NCBI RefSeq assembly: GCF_009914755.1
Contig: NC_060925.1
Length of the DNA stretch: 64,000 nucleotides
Origin: the human T2T-CHM13v2.0 reference genome, Homo sapiens
Reading direction: 5' to 3' (one strand)
Positions 20,954 through 43,661 of this stretch are shown here, piece by piece; position 1 is the stretch's first letter; the number at the start of each line of letters is the position of its first letter. Both the position numbers and the translations under genes were made by a program. The notes under the pieces were generated by a model that worked only from the letters and a program-made list of their open reading frames with translations, was not told the DNA's origin and made no database searches.

Positions 20954-21937
20954 ATGCCTCCCCTTTTTAGACCATGTAGGGTAACTTCCTGTCGTTGCCA
21001 TGGCATTTGTAAACTGTCAGGGCGCTGGTGGGAGTGTAGCAGTGAGGATGACCAGAGGTCAGTCTCATCGCCATTTTGGTTTTGGTGGGTTTTGGCCAGT
21101 TCCTTCACAGTAATCTGTTTTATCAGCGAGGTCTTTATATCTTATATTTTGTGGTGACCTCCTGTCTTATTCTGTGACTTAGAATGCCCTGACCATATGG
21201 GAATGCAGCCCAGTAGGTTTCAGCCTCATTTTACCCAGCTCCTATTTAAGATGGAGTTGCTCTGGTTCACATGCCTCTGACACTAGTTCTTGCAGCTCAG
21301 TCTCCTAAAGTGAGTCCCATGGAACAACCATTGCAGGAGATGTTTTGCAAACAAGAGATTCTGTGGGAAAAGCCCGGGAAATGACCCTGTAACAGGATTT
21401 GCTACTACATTTCTTCTTACACAAACACATGCATTTGAATTGCCAAGGAGCATGTGGGGTCAATGTGTATTATATTGTTTCCCAAACTTATTTGATCATA
21501 GAACCTCCTCTTCCCCTTTTAGGCAGAGCATCTTCCATAGCTAAATGGAAGCAGAAAGTTTTCAGAAACTCATCTGTGGTTTCATTACAGCTGAAGACAT
21601 TCCAGCTTTTCACCACATGGTTGCTGACCACCACCAGAGTAATCCTGGTCTCTGAAAGCAGCCAAAGGGAAAACTAAGCTGATACACCCTCCCCAGCAGG
21701 AAAAGTCCCTTTCTTCATAAGTGGAGATGACGGAGTTGACAGACTGCCATAGGACAATGCAGCTTCAGGATCCTGAGAGATGGCTGGGGCTTTGTATAGA
21801 AGGGGAAACTGAGCCCAGGGAGAGAAAACGGCTTGTCCTAGTCACCCAGCTAGAGCTACAACTCCTTTTTAAGGCCCAGTACCAAGGGGTTAAGCTTCAG
21901 TGAAATCCAGAAACTTTACAAACTTTATCTTGTTTAA

Positions 21938-22845
<908 letters not shown>

Positions 22846-23347
22846 AAAATTTTTGATATTAGGTTAACATTCTAATTTGGCCACTTACAGACTTTGTGAC
22901 CTTGGACAAGTTACTTAACAACTCTGAGCCACAAAGAGTTGTAATAAAAATTAATTGAAACATATGGGAAAGCTCCTAGCACAGTGTCTGGCATGTAGTT
23001 GGCACTCAAAAATGGACAGTTATTATTATTATTATATTATTTTCTTAGACTAACACTCCTGGACAGGCCCTTGTCTTGGTCAAAAAAAAAAACATAAACG
23101 TAGATCTTAAGGGAATGAGTTGAAAATGTGCACTTGACTTGGCAACCTGACCATACACTTTGTTTCCCACTACAACCAGAAAAATCCATAGCAAAATGGA
23201 GACTGTGGGCTTCGGCCTGTGTGGCAGGCACTGCTACATGCCCACCTGGGGTAAAATCCAGGTTTTGTGGAACCTGAAATTTATGCATTTTTGAGTGGGT
23301 GGGGGGAGAAAAATAATATACAACTAAGTATATACAATTAGATATAA

Positions 23348-23665
23348 GGCTGGGCACGGTGGCTCACACCTGTAATCCCAGCACTTTGGGAGTCCGAGGT
23401 GGGTGGATCACAAGGTCAGGAGTTCAAGACCAGCCTGGCTAACATGGTAAAACCCTGTCTCTATGAAAAAAATACAAAAATTAGCTGGGTGTGGTGGTGT
23501 GCACCTGTAATCCCAGCTGCTCGGGAGGCTGAGCAGGCAAATTGCTTGAACCCGGGAGGCGGAGGTTGCAGTGAGCCAAGATTGCACCACTGCACTCCAG
23601 CCTGGGCGACAGAGCAAGACTCCATCTCAAAACAAAAACAAAAACAAAAACAAAACAAATGAACA
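23348..23665 (+). mobile_element. AluS
   Basis: Full dimer; TSD caattagatataagg. Confidence 0.92.
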
Positions 23666-23759
23666 AAAAAACCAATTAGATATAAGGCACTGGAAGGGGG
23701 TCTGATAAGCAAGATGCCCCGAAGCTTGAGCTTCATTAGCTTTTCAGTAAACCTACTCT

Positions 23760-24280
23760 AACACTTACCTAATACCCATTCCCCACTGCTTAATTCTTAA
23801 CAGAACACAAATTTTATTTGGGTGGCACTGTTTCCAGCTTTAAAATAATAATAAGTAGCCCTCCATTTCCCGGGTTCTCTTGCAGTGAGACATGGCCAAA
23901 TGACCTACTTCTGGTCCACTCAATGTTAATGAAGTCTATTACAACTTATAGAAAAACAAATGTTTCCCCGATTAAGAGGGACAGGCTCCCCTGGAACTCT
24001 CCTTTGCCTTTGCTCTTTCCCTTTCTTCTTTCTTGGAATGACGACAGATTCCAGGAGATGGCAGCCATCTTGGTACCATGAGGACAAAAGCCACAGGTTA
24101 ATATGGTTTATCAGAAAGATAGAAGGCGCATGGATCCCGGGTGGGTGGCATTATGGGGCCACCATACCTGTACTGAATGGCCTATCTCCAGAATTCTTGT
24201 TATGTGAGAAAAATAAGCCCCTTTGTTCCAGCCACTATAGTCTGATTTCTGTAATGTGGAGCCAAGTACAATCTGAACTG
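23760..24280 (+). mobile_element. Old MaLR/ERVL-type LTR relic (MLT1-like)
   Basis: ggcagccatcttggtaccatgagg...tgtgagaaaaataagcccctt resembles old MLT1 LTRs; subfamily uncertain. Confidence 0.5.
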
Positions 24281-24479
24281 GTACAGCATCAGACATACCT
24301 GGGTTCAAATCATGACTCTAACACTTACTATTTGGGTGACTTTGGGCAAGTTATCCAAATTCTCTGCAATTTAATTGTATTTACAAAACAAGGGTTACTA
24401 TGATGATTAAATATTAAATTAATATTATAATACATTAATATATTAATGTAATAAATGCATTAAATATTAAATACAGAAC

Positions 24480-27200
<2,721 letters not shown>

Positions 27201-27234
27201 TAAAATAAAAAAGCAAAAGGGGGATCATTTACTC

Positions 27235-27423
27235 AGGTTGCCATGTTTAGCAAATAAAAATATAGGACTCCCAATTAAATCTGAATATCAGATAAAGAAC
27301 AGATAGCATTTTAGTATAAGCATGTCACCATACTTAGACATATGTCTATAATATTGACAGTGGTTAAACAAGTGACTAAATTCAAATTTAACTGGGTGTC
27401 CTGGATTTTATCTGCCAGCCCTA
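27235..27423 (-). mobile_element. MER53 palindromic MITE
   Basis: aggttgccatgtttagcaaataaaaatatagga...aattcaaatttaactgggtgtcctggattttatctgccagccctag; self-complementary ends. Confidence 0.8.
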
Positions 27424-28002
27424 GACTCATGACATTGGCAGTTCTCTCCTCTGCCTGGCGGAACTGTCCAGGTGGTCGTAAGAGTGATGCTCATCAGATC
27501 ATAGTTATTGCTAGTTTGGTCCTGCTTCCCATCATGGCAGCCCCGGATGAACCCTGGCACTGCTCACACCTCTCTGATTGGGTCCCTGGATATCAACAGG
27601 CTGTCTCCTCATCAGAAGGGCAGTATGAATCAAGGGTCTCTTGGGCCATTTACAGCAATTACCACACCCTGCCCTGTGTTAAAGCCCAGTCTTTAGGATG
27701 CCCTGGGAAATGAAGCCCATCACCTCTCAATTATGTGATACACTGAAGAGCACCTGGGAAGAAGGGTGAGAGTAGGTGAGGGGTGAAATCCCAGGCATTA
27801 TTGCCAGTCTGGCTTTGGTTCAAATCCCAGCTCTGCCATTTATTAGCTCTCTGACCTTAGGCAATTTATCTCCTGAGCTTCTGTGTTTTCATCTGTAAAA
27901 TGGGAGGAAAAAAAATCAATATTTCAAAAGTCTCTTGTGAGGATAATCAGAAAAAATAAGAAGAATAGAAAGTATATGTACAGGGTACAGTACAACTACT
28001 GA

Positions 28003-28126
28003 ATATATATATATTTTTCTGTACATGCTACATATATACACATACATATATGTATACATACATACATATATACATATATATGTAGCATGTATAGAAAAAA
28101 TATATATGTGGCATGTATAGAAAAAA
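28003..28126. repeat. AT-rich inverted repeat plus 26-bp tandem duplication
   Basis: Arms about 28007-28038 and 28075-28107 are reverse complements (1 mismatch, 1 indel); 28075-28100 repeated at 28101-28126. Confidence 0.85.
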
Positions 28127-28670
28127 AACCCTGGAAGGAAATCTAAAATGTTGACAGTGGTTATATAAATAGTAAATGAGAGAGATCATGTAAAGTGCTT
28201 AGTGCGTGATATTCACTCAATAACTGTTAGCATTTTCTGTTACTGTTTCTTGAGATGGGATCATGAATAATGGTTATTTTTTCTTTATACTTGTTTGTAT
28301 TTCCCCCACATTTTCTAAGATGAAAGCATAATTATGTTTGAACCAACACACATTTGTAGGACAGCTACCACGTCCTGGGAACTGTGTTGGCTGCTTGGCA
28401 TAGACCCTGAACAGACAAGGCTGTAGCAGGAAGTGCAGGCTGAGACGACAGGATGATGTCTTTACGGTCGCTGTTCTTGCTTCTGCTTTCTGTGTTGTAA
28501 AATCTGTAGACCTCATACAATACACGAGATAAGCAAAATAGCCCCAATGGGCTTGGTATCTTCATTTAGGCTTTCAGATTGTTCCTCCCCATCATATGCT
28601 CTCTTTCTTTCCTCTTTACTATTCTTCTCTTACAGAGCACTAGAAAGAGGCATTAAAAACCATCTAGTAG

Positions 28671-29359
<689 letters not shown>

Positions 29360-31913
29360 CTAAGCATGGCTTTCTTTGCCTTTTCTCTCTAATGTGGGGC
29401 TGCTACTTGTTTATTTGTGTAGTCCTTTTTGAGCATTCAACAGATACTATATTTATTGGGTTTTTTTCATGAGTCAGACTCAGCAGACAGATGGAAGGAA
29501 ATTCTAAAAGTCTGGGAAAAAACATCTTTATGTGAGAAAAAATTACAATCGACAAACATCAAGTACCCTTTCTGGGAGTGTTTATATTTAGAAAGAGGTT
29601 TCATTTCTTTTTACCTGAAAAGAACAGCTGTAATAGTGGAATTTCGGCCAGTGTGACATGTCAGGAGAGGAGGTCTATTTGGGGACAGGAATACCCTCCC
29701 AAAGTCACTCAAATCATGCAATTGAGGCAGCACTTTCCTTGTCTGGGCAGAGGTCTTTCCAAAGGGTGGGTCCCAGTGGCAAGATGACTTCCAGCTTCAT
29801 CTTGAGAAAAGATGGAGATGGGACCCTTGATGGGACTTGACCCTTGTGTAACTTTGCAGAAAAGAGAAGAGAGCAACAGTGGGAAGAACTTGCTCCATTC
29901 ATGGCCATCTGGGTGGTGGAGCAGGTGTCTCCAGGTGTGTTCAGGTTGCCATGTCAATAAGCACGTCAGCCTGCACCTACCCTGCTGTTTCCAGAGAAAC
30001 CCTCTCCTCTTCCTGGTGTCCTTTGCTCTGGGATTCAGCTTCCTCTACCATGACTATGAGTGAGCACAGATCCCACAGAAATCCTCTGCCCTTGACCCGT
30101 TCTCTTAGTGTTTAGAAGCACATCTGTAGGTGGGAAGGAAAGACAGTGGGAAGGAATGTCAGATGAATGACTTCAAAATGTCAACCCAAAGGCCTGTTGC
30201 TTCCTAAGTAGGTGGCCATGGCAAATGCTTTACCTTCCCAGGCTTCAGTTTCTTAAATCTGAAAGTGAGGATAACGATAGAATCTTCAGAGGGTTGTGGG
30301 AGGATTAAATGAAATCACACATGAAAATGCTTTAGCACAGTGGTAAATGCTTAATTAATAGTAGCTTGGATCATTATTCATGCCCCGAAAATTCAGGATA
30401 TAAGACCAATTGATTCTTAGGGAGGCTCGTGGACCTGGCATGCACCTGTCTCCCACCACTGGCTCCCTGGGAGGCCCACAGTCTACTTTGCATATTTCCT
30501 AGCAGAGAAGAGAAGTGGCTTTATCTGTGGGGTAAAGTCCCCCACTCCAGGAAGGAATTCAGGGGGTGGAACAGAATGGGTGTTGGATTCTGATCTCTGT
30601 GGATGACTCACCTGCTTTGGCTTGGAACTTGCCTTTGCAAAATGGGGATAATAAAGCATTTCCCCCTTCACTGCCCCTCCCTTGTCTCCCAATTTATGAG
30701 TCTGGCAGGAACTGATTAGCTTGTAAACTGTTCTGGTCTCCCTTGGAGAAAAACATCTGATGGAGGCGGTGAGGATGGTTACAGTTTTCAGAATTGAAGA
30801 TTTCAAAGCAATGCTTCCCAATACGTGGAAGTGAAGACTTTGTTACATCTGGACTCAGGCAAGTGTAGGGTACAAATAGTATAGTATTACCTGGGAAGGT
30901 CAATCTTGGAGAACCAATGGTCCTAGGGTTAGTATTTGTGCCTGAAGCTATGTGGTAGGATAAATGATTTTCAGACCCTTGGCAACAAGGAACTTTTATT
31001 CAAAACTTTGTGGTTAGGGCACAGGCTCTGAGTTGGACTCTCAGGTTTGAATTCTAGCTCAACTGTTGCTAGCTGTGTGACCTTGCACCAGTTTGCTAAT
31101 CTTTCTGAGCCTCAGTTTCCTCATATGTAAAATAGAAGTAATGACAATACCTAACTCATAGGATTGTTTTCAGTATTAAATGAGTTTTAAAAATCTAAAG
31201 CTTGAACAGAGTGTTTGACACAGCCAAAGGCTTGGTAAGTAAGTATTAGCTTTTATCCATCTATACATCAGCTTATCCATGTATATCATCATGATGTGGA
31301 CTGAGCAGTGCTGTGTAGAAGTAAGAATCTGGTATTTGAAACAGTTACACCCTGAGTTCCAATCCTGCCTGACCACTCAGAAGTTTTGTGACCTCTGGGC
31401 CTTTGCACATACTGTCCCTCAGTTTCTGTATCTAATGGCTGAAAGATGATGATACCTAAATAAGCTGTATAAAATACAAAAACATCTTTAAAGTGTCAAA
31501 GAGCTAACAAGACACTGAGGAAGACTGGCTGAGATCTGGGAAAAGACAGGATCTCAGAGAGGTGAGCCCAATACTCCAGGCTGCTTTTGTCCAGGAACGT
31601 TGGCTGATGTTGAATAGGCACTAAATGATTGAGCTGTAATTTTGTCAGCCTGTAGAGATCTGCTTGAACTCTAGCTTGAACTGTGGCTAGTCTTTGAGTC
31701 ATCAGGGTGGCCCAGAAAATCTCAATGTTTTGAATTTGATTAAATCATCTAAGACAGTCAGTAGCCTCAGGTGTTTGACAGAAGCTAATGACAATCCCCT
31801 TTGGAAGAACAGAACATCATCCTTGGCCTCAAATCAATAATTATGTTTTAAAATACAGTATCCAATAAGCAAGAAAGATATCTAGGCACATGAAGAGACA
31901 AGACATTGCCTTG

Positions 31914-32478
<565 letters not shown>

Positions 32479-32936
32479 TCAAGAAAAACAACAGACAGCA
32501 GAAACAGATCCATAGGAACTACTGTTGATGGAATTAACAGAGACCAATCAGAAAACAACCATGCTTACTACATTCAAGGAGATACAAGTTGGAAGATGTT
32601 GTCAGAAAACAGGAAAGTGATAAAAAGTGATAGCATATTTGAAAAAGAACCAATAGAAATTCCATAACTGAAAAATATAAGAACCAAAACTAAGAATGCA
32701 ATGGATGGTTTTAGTGTTAGATTAGACGCAGCTAAAGAAAAAATAGCAACGAACTGTAAAGGTCAAAACAGGTCAAAAGACAATCTTTTAAGATACAGTA
32801 TGGGGAATTAAAAAGGCAGGAAATATAGAAGAAGTAAATGACATGAAATGTCTAACTTAATAATTGGAGTCTCAGAAGGAAAAAGACAAGGGAGCACAGG
32901 TTATGTTTGAAGATAATGACGAAAAAAGGTGCCAGA

Positions 32937-33857
<921 letters not shown>

Positions 33858-36800
33858 CAACATTGCCTCTTTATCTTAACTCTTAACACCAGACTGTGAG
33901 CTCTAGGAGGGTAGGGAATATGTCTTTGTTGTGGTTCCCCAGCATCTCAGCACAGAGCCTGGCACACAGAAAAGTACTGGAAAATGTTTGTCCAAGAATT
34001 AAAGTTATCTAAATTCTTTGAGCCTCAATTTTCTCATCCACAAAATGGGGACAATAATACCAATCTCATGCATTCTCTACATGATTGTGAGAATTAAATC
34101 AGATGAAACTGGTGTACCAGACATTTCTTGACACAGTAATGCTATATAGTTGAACTCCCTAAGCCTCTGTTTTTTTATTTGTCAAATGGAGACAATAATA
34201 CCCACTGGGTCATTTTTATTATGGGCCGAGACAAGATATCAAGCATGTCATAGTTGACAGTGAGGGTTAAATGAACTAAAAGGATGCCCATTTGTTGAAT
34301 TCCTATGATGTGTCATTGGCTGTGTTAGGAGATTTATATTCATTATCTCATTTTCAAGTAGATGAAAACATGAAGCATATGGTTCTTTTCTTCACTCTTA
34401 GATGCCTGAGAACTAAAAGTCTTACAGAGACCTCATCATAGAAGAACTGTCCTGGAGGAAGAGGAAGGAGAAAGAGAAAAAATGTTTTATATCCTGGGGG
34501 AAGCTCCTGATTTTCAAGCTCTGCTCCAAGCTCTGGGCTGAAGTAGAGAGCAATGATTTTGTTGAGCAGGATTACCTCTTTTATGCTCAGTTAATTAAAA
34601 CATTTTTCTGGATGATGCAAAAGTCTGCAAAGCCATAAAGCCATAGGGACTGTTAGTAATTCTGGCCTAATGTTACTCTTCCTATAATCAGTAACCTTCC
34701 CAGAAATAAATATCCAGTTCAGTAAAAACCATCCCCTTCTAGAAAGACAAGAAGGGGTACATGGTCAAAATCTCATGAGGCTGATTTGAAAGGACCCAAA
34801 GCCCTGTCCTCGGTTGTTTTATGCCAGCAACCTCTGGTGCCCATTTTGTGTAGGCATTGTGTGACACACTCATTTGATTTTTACAGCACTTAAAGTTTGC
34901 ATTAATTTGTGTTATACTAGATGCTAAAGTTTCAGAAACCCTAAAATTTCAGAGGTTTAACACAATAGAAGTTCATTTTTCTCTCACTTAGTCCAATGAA
35001 GTTGTTATTGGTCAATGGGTAGTTTTCCTCCATACAGTGACTCAGGGATCCAGGCCTGGATGATGACACACGTCACTTCTGTTCATGTCCCCGTGGCAGA
35101 AATTAGTCCCATGGCTGCATCTGGGTACAAGAAGACTGGAAAATGGAACCCAGGTTTGGGCAGCCGCTTTTCAGCAACAACTTCACACTATGGAAGGGGA
35201 GGCATGAGTTTTGGGCAGACAGCAATATCTTTTAGAAATGTATTATCATTATCATCGTCATAATCATCATCATTCCCTACCCCATTTTTGGGTGGGGAAA
35301 CTGAGATTTCAATGTTTAGGTAACTTACCCAAGGTCCATAGCTAGTAAGTGGTAGAAGCAGAATTTGAACTCAGGTAGTCTGGTTGCAAATCCCATGTGC
35401 TTGCTACTGTAACCTGATAGCATGCAATGATGAATAAGATGTAGTCATTCTCCCCAGAGCCCCCCAGGAAAAAGGTAATGTCACATATGCCCATAAGAAG
35501 TGCTTACACAGTCATTCTAAGTCAGAGCTTAGATTCCACCTTCAAAAAGAAGACTTCCCTGCTGCCCTTATCTTCTAGTCATTCAGCACCCCCAGGCACT
35601 CTGTCTCATATACCCCCATGTGTTTTCTTCACAGTGCTATCACCATCTGAAATCATACACACATTTGTTTCTTTGTGTGTCGACTATCTCCCCAACTATA
35701 ATATAAACTCCCTGAAAGCAGGGACCTGTCTATCTTGTTAGTATCCCAGTACCCATCATAGAATCTGGCATAGAGTAAATCCTTCATCAATTTTTGTGAA
35801 ATAAATGAGCAGATATATCTACCAAATGCTGCTGAAGCAGATACATTCACTTACTCATTCTGATATTCATTCTCTCATGTACTTGCGGAGTCACATACTC
35901 ATTCATTCATTCATTCATCTGTAGACTCTCAAAAGTCAGGGCCTCATCTGGGGATAAAGAGGTGATAGTTCTTGGTCTAAGAGTAGCTTGGGAAAACCTG
36001 ACAGGCTTCCTGTAGGTGGTGATGTTAGAGCTGGAGGGAGTATTTTTGGGTTGGGGAAAGGGGTGTTATATTACTTCTTTGGACACTTTTACATTTTCAC
36101 TTGATCTGTTCCCAAATGCATTGCTCTCACTACCTTTGTAAACTACCATTGTTGGGAAGAAGACCAGCCTGGCTACCATTTTATGACTGCAAAGCTCTTG
36201 AATGTTACAAAGAATCTAAGGAGTATGTAATAGATTCACCATGGCACAAAGTGGGCTGGTCATTTCTGTCTGAGAGGGGAGTAAGGGCGGGTTCTAGCTT
36301 CATAGCAAAGTGCTAGTAGCTTTTGTTAGTCTATAATTAAGTGACTCAGCCACCCATGTGACAATCAGCCCATCTCAAATTCCTGATGCTACAGTAATGC
36401 CAATGTCACAGCTGTAAGCATGAGTGGACTGTCCCCAAGGAACAGTACTCAAAATCTTAAAAATCTGAGTTGTATTCTCCAGTTTTCTTTTTGGACAAGC
36501 CAAGCCAATGAGTATGGCAGCTATGTCAATTCCTGGTACCAATAATATGCTTATATAATGTCACGAATGACATACCTGACAGAATCAAAGTTAGGGTTGG
36601 CTGCTCTAGAAAGAAATAGTTGAACTTTTCCTATGAGAGGCTGCTCCAGCCCTAGAATTGTTGAGGTCTGGTGCTGATGAAAGCTTAGAGAACAGGCTTA
36701 GAGCAAAGGGCCAGGTGTTCCAAAAGTTGTTCACATCTTCTTTGGGATGCTTTTTATTTAAAAAAATACCACTGTAATAAAATTTTAATGTCTGAAATTT

Positions 36801-37212
36801 AGAAAAATACAAACATGCAAAAAATGCAAACAAAACAAAGTAAAAATCATGTCCAATTCTGAGAGCCCAGAGGTAATCAACTTAATTTGATGCCTATTCT
36901 TTCATTTTCTCTTTCTCTCTCTGCATGTATGTACGTGTGTGTCTTTTTCCAAAAATGGGAGCCCCACCTCTTTGCAAACTTCTCTTTTCACCCAATAACA
37001 CATTGCATACACCGTTTCATTTCATTTGATCTGTCATTTTCTATGAGACTATTTTTATTGGTTACTGATTATTCTATGATATGGCGGAATTCCTTGTTTA
37101 TTTGAAAAAGCCCCTATGGGGTAGCCATTTAAGTTGCTTGTCATCTTTCCCATGAAAATATATGCCTGAATGATTATTTCTGAGGCTAGGTATTGAGTCA
37201 AATGATGAGGAG

Positions 37213-40136
<2,924 letters not shown>

Positions 40137-40429
40137 TCATGGAAGATACATCTACCTTGGTCTCATTTATATAAAGTTAAAAATGCTAAACAATACTGCA
40201 TATGATTTAGTGATACAAACCAATGTGCGATAAATACCAAAGTGATGATAGTAGTTATCTCAAGGTGATAGGGAGGAACTCCTGTTGGGGAGAGGTGGAT
40301 AGCGGGCTTCAATTGTATATGTGACATCTTATTTCTCAGGGGAAGAGTGGGAGACATGTGAGTGTATGTGGCATTATTCTCTTTATATATTTGTAATTGC
40401 TAATACTTCACTTTAAAAGGTAGGCTCTA

Positions 40430-40840
<411 letters not shown>

Positions 40841-40920
40841 TTAGGTTAAACCGTATGAAATTGTCATTTTTGTAGGCTGAAAATTGTCAAATATCAGCAA
40901 TTTCATATGGTTCAACCTAA
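40841..40920. mobile_element. MADE2 mariner MITE, full-length 80 bp
   Basis: TIRs ttaggttaaaccgtatgaaattg / caatttcatatggttcaacctaa (21 of 23 complementary); TA on left flank, CA on right. Confidence 0.85.
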
Positions 40921-41026
40921 CACATCAAAATGGCAACAATCATTATTCCTGAGAGTGCAAGTATGGGTGATTTTGTTTTCTTTTAAATTTTTAATGTCTT
41001 TTTTGGTTTTCTATCATGAGCAGGTA

Positions 41027-41447
<421 letters not shown>

Positions 41448-42094
41448 TGATGAAGGGAGAGAGGGCTGTGTTCGAGTTCCTGCTCTGCTAGTAACCAGCT
41501 AATGTGACCAACAAATCCACTTTACCTTCTTGGGACCTCAATCTCTCCATCTATAAAACAGCAAAGTTGGAAAAGGATCATTTCCAATGTGCTTTTATGT
41601 TCTATAAGCCTTTTTTGCTTTATGCCAAGTCTATTCCCTTAGACGTGGGGGAAAGTCGAGTTGACGGCAGTTCATCTCCACATCACAAAATATGTCTTTC
41701 TGCTGCCCCCTCGTGTGGCCTGTGGAACAGCCTTCCACTTCCCGTCACCTGGTTAGTTCATTTGTGCCCCAGGGTGGGGTCCTGGCACAGGTGCTGATGA
41801 TGCAGTTGTAAATAATGAGTTTACACAGGATGACGATGACTGCAAATACTGTGGGCCATTAGGATCTCTGGCACAGACACCAAACAAAGACATTGCTATG
41901 GAGCTGTAAAAGATAAATCCCACAGCTCGAGGTCCAGCAAGTTCACTGAATGAGCATGAGGAAGAGGAGTCCTCCACTGCCACCCCATAACCATATTTTC
42001 CCCATTAAGGGCCAATGATGAAATGGATCAAGTGAGGGTCACATACAAACAATAGCTGTTGTTTTATTGTCCTTGAGAGAAATGCAGAATGTTC

Positions 42095-42096
<2 letters not shown>

Positions 42097-42160
<64 letters not shown>

Positions 42161-42216
42161 TTCCTTCCTTCCTTCCTTCCTTCCTTCCTTCCTTCCTTCC
42201 TTCCTTCCTTCCTTCC
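42097..42216 (+). repeat. Compound microsatellite (TTTC)15(TTCC)15 from an Alu tail
   Basis: TTTC 42097-42156, TTCC 42157-42216; abuts antisense Alu 42221-42504. Confidence 0.95.
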
Positions 42217-42220
42217 TTTC

Positions 42221-43378
42221 TTTTTTGAGACGGAGTCTCGCTCTGTCACCTAGGCTGGAGTGCAGTGGCGTGATCTCAGCTTAATGCAACCTCTGCCTGC
42301 CGGGTTCAAGCAACTCTCTGCCTCAGCCTCCCAAGTAGCTGAGATCACAGGCGGCAGCCACTATGCGCAGCTAATTTTTGTATTTTAGTAGAGATGGGTT
42401 TCCACCATCTTGGCCAGGATTGTCTTGAACTCCTGACCTTGTGATCCACCTGCTTCAGCCTCCCAAAGTGCTGGGATTACAGGCGTGAGCCACAGTGCCT
42501 GGCCAGGTTTCTAGCAATTTCTAGTGGCTAGGAAAAGGAATGATGAAGGATATTAAACCCTTCACTTCACACATATGAATAATTTAGTATATGTAATATA
42601 GTTTGGTCTTATAGCCATTTAGGAGAAAGTAGAGAGAATGGGCAGTGGTGAGGAAGGAAACAAAAAAAAGCCCAGAAATTAAGGGAAAGAGGAGGAGGGA
42701 AACTAACACTTACGGTGCCAGGGACTTTGCTGGAGTTGTGATATCAATACTTCAGAACAATCCGGAGAAGAAGCCCCAACTGCTCTCATTTTTTCCACAC
42801 AAAGAAACTAGAGCTCAGAAAGATTATGGAAAACAATGCTGGCCACACAGCTTGTAAGAAGTGGGAACTGGACTCAATTCTGTCTGACCACTCCAAAACC
42901 TGTTGTTTTATTTTTTATTTTGGTCCACCCTATGCTAAGTGGGTGAGATAAAAGGAGCACTGGAAATGCAGAGGAAGAGGAGGAAGTTGGAGAGGGAAAG
43001 TGGGACAGGCAGAGGCACACGGAGGATGACCCACGGCCATCAAGAACAGGAACTGCCGGCAGAAAGAGACAGGGGAGGCTGGGCGCGGTGGCTCATGCCT
43101 GTAATCCCAGCACTTTGGGAGGTCAAGGCAAGCGGATCCCCTGAGGTCAGGAGTTCAAGACCAGGCTGGCCAACGTGGTGCAATTCCATTTCTATTAAAA
43201 ATACATACAAATTAGCCAGGTGTGGTGGCATGTGCCTGTAATCCCAGCAACTTGGGGAGGCTGAGGCAGAAGAATCGCTTGAGCCCAGGAGGCGAAGATT
43301 GTGGTGAGTCGAGATTGCACCACTGTACTCCAGAGTGGGTGACTGAGCAAGACGCCATCTCAAAAAAAAAAAAAAAAA
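42221..43378. mobile_element. Alu - (42221-42504) and Alu + (43077-43378)
   Basis: Alu consensus matches. Confidence 0.9.
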
Positions 43379-43451
43379 GAGAGAGAGAGAAAAAGGAGTC
43401 AGAGAATTCCACATGTGTGTGCGCGTATATGCAAACACACACATGCCCTCA

Positions 43452-43557
43452 ACATCACTATCACTATCACCACCATCACCATCACCACCACCACCACCAT
43501 CACCACCACCACCATCACCACCACCACCACCACCACCACCATCACCACCACCACCAT
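43452..43557 (+). repeat. (CAC)n trinucleotide repeat with CAT/TAT interruptions
   Basis: About 35 triplets read directly from sequence. Confidence 0.95.
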
Positions 43558-43661
43558 CTAAGCAGAAGCAGAAACACAGGGTAACTGAAAGAGGGAAAAA
43601 AAGACTTTTGCTGATAACATTCTTCCCTGTGCCCTGTTAGGATACTGTCATGGAAGGTAAT

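Noticed and set aside
43222-43640. Poly-His (120 aa) and poly-Pro (75 aa) ORFs
   Set aside because: Frames through an Alu and the CAC microsatellite; no promoter or splice support
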